Below, piece after piece: positions 24,634 to 27,646 of a stretch of DNA of 27,646 nucleotides. A program made the position numbers and the translations under genes. The notes under the pieces are model-generated. The model was given only the letters and a program-made list of their open reading frames with translations. It ran no database searches and was not told the origin of the DNA. The stretch is taken from positions 1-27,646 of the forward strand of contig JBIOTN010000134.1 of the NCBI GenBank assembly GCA_044866005.1. Direction: 5' to 3'. The DNA comes from Candidatus Rokuibacteriota bacterium (GTDB lineage: Bacteria; Methylomirabilota; Methylomirabilia; Rokubacteriales; DASRDR01). How positions within the stretch are numbered: position 1 is the stretch's first letter; the number at the start of each line of letters is the position of its first letter.

Positions 24634-25967
24634 TGCCGGCGCGTCACGTGATCGTGGGTGGGGGGACGGCCGGCCACAACGCCATCAACACGATCCGCCA
24701 GGAGGAGCGAGGCCGGGAGCCTTCCGAGATCGTGCTCGTGGCGGACGAGCGTCCGTACTCGCGGATGGTGCTGCCGTACTACCTCGGGCGCACGATCGCG
24801 GAGTCCCACGTCTTCACCGCGACGCCGGCGCGCCTGGCGCAGCTCGGCGTCAAGACCCACCTGGGCCGCCGCGCCACGGCGCTGGACCCGAGCGCGGGCA
24901 AGGTCACGCTCGACGACGGCACCGCCGTCGAGTACGACGACCTGCTGATCGCCACCGGCTCCTCCGCGGTCCGCCCGCCGATCCCGGGCGCGGACGGGCC
25001 CGGCATCCACAGCTTCTGGACCCTCGAGCAGGCCCGCCGGGTGGTGGCGGAGACCCGCGCCGGGAGCCATGTCGTCATGGTCGGGGCGGGCTTCATCGCC
25101 TTCACGATCCTGAACGCGATCCTCGCCATCGGGGCCCGGCTCACGATCGTCGAGATCGCGCCCCAGATCCTGCCACGCATGATCGACCGGGAAGGCGCGG
25201 CCATCGTCGAGGCCTGGCTGCGGAAGCACGGCGTGGAACTGCGCACGGGCGTCACCTTGACCGCCATCGAGCAGGCGGGAGGCAAGCGACGGCTCCGGGC
25301 CAAGGACGGCGCGACCCTCGACGCCGACGTCGTGATCATGGCGACCGGGATCCGCACGAACCTCTCGTGGCTGGACGGCTCCGGGATCCGGGTGAACCGG
25401 GGCGTGGTCGTGGACGACCATCTCCGCGCCAGCGTGCCGAACGTCTACGCCGCGGGGGACGTCGCCGAGGGGCGCGACCTCGTGACGGGGGAGCCCGACG
25501 TCCACGCGATCGAGCCGACCGCGATGGAGCACGGGCGCGTCGTGGGCGCCAACATGGCGGGCCGCGACGTCGCCTACCGCGGGAGCCTCCTCATGAACAT
25601 CCTGGACGTCTGCCACCTGGACGTGGCGAGCTTCGGGCGCTGGGACGACCCGGCGGCCGAGGTCGCGGTCGCCCTGCGGCCCGACCGCCAGGCGTACCGG
25701 AAGCTCCTCTGGCACGGCGACCGGCTGACCGGGGCGATGATCGTCGGGCTCGCCGACGACGTCTGGACGACGAACGACGTCGGGATGCTCAAGGGGCTCG
25801 TCCAGTCCGGCGTGCCCCTGGGGCCGTGGAAGGCGCACCTCCGCGCGAACCCCTTCGACGTCAAGCGCGCCTTCATCGCCTCGCACACGACGGCGCGGCT
25901 CCTGCCGGAGACCGTGCTCGGCCGGCCGTCGGCGCCGCCGGCGGTGGTCGCCACCACGCGGGCCTGA
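24633..25967 (+). CDS. FAD-dependent pyridine nucleotide oxidoreductase (AorC/NirB-N-like)
   Basis: TGATG overlap; VIVGGGTAG, PYSR, YDDLLIATGS, VGAGFIA, ATGIRTN, VYAAGDVAE. Confidence 0.92.
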   Translation: MPARHVIVGGGTAGHNAINTIRQEERGREPSEIVLVADERPYSRMVLPYYLGRTIAESHVFTATPARLAQLGVKTHLGRRATALDPSAGKVTLDDGTAVEYDDLLIATGSSAVRPPIPGADGPGIHSFWTLEQARRVVAETRAGSHVVMVGAGFIAFTILNAILAIGARLTIVEIAPQILPRMIDREGAAIVEAWLRKHGVELRTGVTLTAIEQAGGKRRLRAKDGATLDADVVIMATGIRTNLSWLDGSGIRVNRGVVVDDHLRASVPNVYAAGDVAEGRDLVTGEPDVHAIEPTAMEHGRVVGANMAGRDVAYRGSLLMNILDVCHLDVASFGRWDDPAAEVAVALRPDRQAYRKLLWHGDRLTGAMIVGLADDVWTTNDVGMLKGLVQSGVPLGPWKAHLRANPFDVKRAFIASHTTARLLPETVLGRPSAPPAVVATTRA

Positions 25968-25990
25968 GGAAGGGAAGAGAAGGAGCGAGC

Positions 25991-27646
25991 ATGGAACGGA
26001 CGGTAGAGAAACGGCCGGAGACGGCGCCTGCGGCGGGCGCCCCCGGCGGGTACGCAGGCCGGCTCCTGCGCGTGGACCTGGGCACCGGGCGCACGTGGAG
26101 CCAGCCCTGGACGCCGGACGAGATGCGCTACTACCTCGGCGGGGCCGGCCTCGGCGCCAAGATCCTCTGGGAAGAGGTGCCGCCCGAGGTCTCCTGGGAC
26201 CATCCGGACAACCGGCTCGTCCTGGCGACGGGGCCCTTCGCGGGCCTGCCGGTCTGGGGGACGGGCGGCCTCACGGTCGTGACCCGCGGCGCCTTGACGA
26301 ACGGGGCGACGTCGACCCAGGCCAACGGCTTCTTCGGCGCGAACCTGAAATTCTCCGGCTACGACGCGATCGTGGTCCAGGGCCAGGCGCCGCGGTGGGT
26401 CTACCTCCTGATCCACGACGACCAGGTCGAGGTGCGGGACGCGACGGACCTCTTGGGGAAGGACACGTGGGAGACCCAGGAGGCGCTCGCCGCCCGGCTC
26501 GGCCAGAGCGGCCACATGCTGAGCGTCTACTCGATCGGTCCCGCCGGCGAGAAGCTCGTCCGCTTCGCCGCGATCCAGGGCGACTACGGGCACGTGGCGT
26601 CCAAGAACGGCTGCGGCGCCGTCATGGGGAAGAAGCGCTTGAAGGCGGTCGCGATCGTCCGCGGCACGCACCCCATCCGGGCCGCGGATCCGCGGGGCGT
26701 CGTGACGGCGGCGGACGAGATCGCCCACGACCTCAAGACCAATCCCGCCGCGCGGACGCTCTACGAGTACGGCACCCTGCCGGGGGTGGTGAACCTCCAC
26801 GCCCTCGGGGCGCTCCCCATCAAGAACTACACGACGAGCGTGGCGCCGTCGGACGTGGACATGAAGCAGTGGGAGGCGCCCGCCCTGCGCGAAGGCTTCG
26901 ATCACCGCGGCCACCAGTGCAGCGCCTGCGGGATGCACCACTGCCACATGCAGGTCCTGCCGCGCGGCGGGCACAAGGGCGAGATCGTGGACGAGCCCGA
27001 GTACGAGGGCTGGTCCGGCGCCGGGTGGACGATCGGGCTCACCGATCCGGTCGCCGTCTCCTGGCTCAATACGCGGGTCGACCGCGCGTGCGTGGACGTC
27101 AACGAGTTCGGCTGGCTCTGCGGCTGGGTGATGGAGTGCCAGGAGAAGGGCCTGATCACCGAGGCCCAGCTCGGCTTCCGGCTCGCGTGGGGCGACGCCG
27201 AGGGCGCCGAGCGGCTGCTCTGGATGGTGAGCCGGCGCGAGGGCCTCGGGGACCTGCTGGCCGAGGGGGTCAAGCTGGCCGCGGAGCGGCTCGGCGGCGC
27301 AGCGCAGGAGTGCGCGATCTACACCGGCAAGAACGCCTCGCCCCGCGGCCACGACCACCGGGCACGGTGGGACGAGCTGCTCGACACCTGCACCGGCTCG
27401 ACCGGGACGCTCGAGACCGGGCCGCCGGTGTTCCCGGCCGAGCTGGGGCTGCCGTCGCGGATCAACCCCTTCGACCCCGGGCAGGTGGCGCGGCAGACCG
27501 CAGCGCTCAACGGGCGGCGGCACTTCGAGGATTCGCTGGGAGCCTGCATCTTCACCACGCGGACCACGATCGAGAACCTCTGCCGCGCGCTCTCCGCGGC
27601 CACGGGGTGGGAGGTCACGCGCGACGACGCGATGCGGTTCGGCCGC
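25991..27646 (+). CDS. Aldehyde:ferredoxin oxidoreductase (tungstopterin AOR family) catalytic subunit, 3' truncated (not in the ORF track)
   Basis: ATG 25991 with AAGGAG SD; GYAGRLLRVDL, YLGGAGLGAKIL, LKFSGYDAIVVQG, IGPAGEKLVRFAAI, GAVMGKKRLKAV, YGT, EPEYE, LLAEGV, DSLGACIF. Open to the window end. Confidence 0.93.
   Translation, partial: MERTVEKRPETAPAAGAPGGYAGRLLRVDLGTGRTWSQPWTPDEMRYYLGGAGLGAKILWEEVPPEVSWDHPDNRLVLATGPFAGLPVWGTGGLTVVTRGALTNGATSTQANGFFGANLKFSGYDAIVVQGQAPRWVYLLIHDDQVEVRDATDLLGKDTWETQEALAARLGQSGHMLSVYSIGPAGEKLVRFAAIQGDYGHVASKNGCGAVMGKKRLKAVAIVRGTHPIRAADPRGVVTAADEIAHDLKTNPAARTLYEYGTLPGVVNLHALGALPIKNYTTSVAPSDVDMKQWEAPALREGFDHRGHQCSACGMHHCHMQVLPRGGHKGEIVDEPEYEGWSGAGWTIGLTDPVAVSWLNTRVDRACVDVNEFGWLCGWVMECQEKGLITEAQLGFRLAWGDAEGAERLLWMVSRREGLGDLLAEGVKLAAERLGGAAQECAIYTGKNASPRGHDHRARWDELLDTCTGSTGTLETGPPVFPAELGLPSRINPFDPGQVARQTAALNGRRHFEDSLGACIFTTRTTIENLCRALSAATGWEVTRDDAMRFGR

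Overview
Very GC-rich bacterial chromosomal DNA, densely coding, with about 25 genes. The gene repertoire and GC content would fit Candidatus Rokubacteria/Methylomirabilota, but that is inference. No rRNA, tRNA, CRISPR array, transposase or integrase was seen. Left part (1-7.7 kb): an envelope-signalling cluster. It holds a signal-peptide FecR-domain protein (cut by the window edge) and a CHASE2-class III cyclase-PilZ protein on the minus strand. Divergently there is a 4-gene run: an exported 18-Cys/His-rich repeat protein, an SdpA/DUF5819-like protein, an HTTM (SdpB/vitamin K carboxylase-like) membrane protein, and a TPR + outer-membrane beta-barrel protein that probably starts at CTG. Middle: Gfo/Idh/MocA, two LLM-family enzymes, DoxX, a second class III cyclase (PDZ-like/TM/GAF, Glu at the purine-specificity site), RmlC-like cupin, TerC, ABM, PaaI, MFS, EamA, a UroD/MtaA-like protein and a tandem YciI. 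The clearest surprise is a DedA-rhodanese fusion whose active-site loop reads Y-C-S-[TGA]-P-S-E. The rhodanese fold continues for 50 codons past the TGA and a SECIS-like hairpin follows it, so this is a probable selenoprotein that the ORF track truncates. Right part: a stand-alone receiver, an exported alpha/beta hydrolase, and a ferredoxin / FAD-NAD oxidoreductase / divergent aldehyde:ferredoxin oxidoreductase (AOR) operon that runs off the end.
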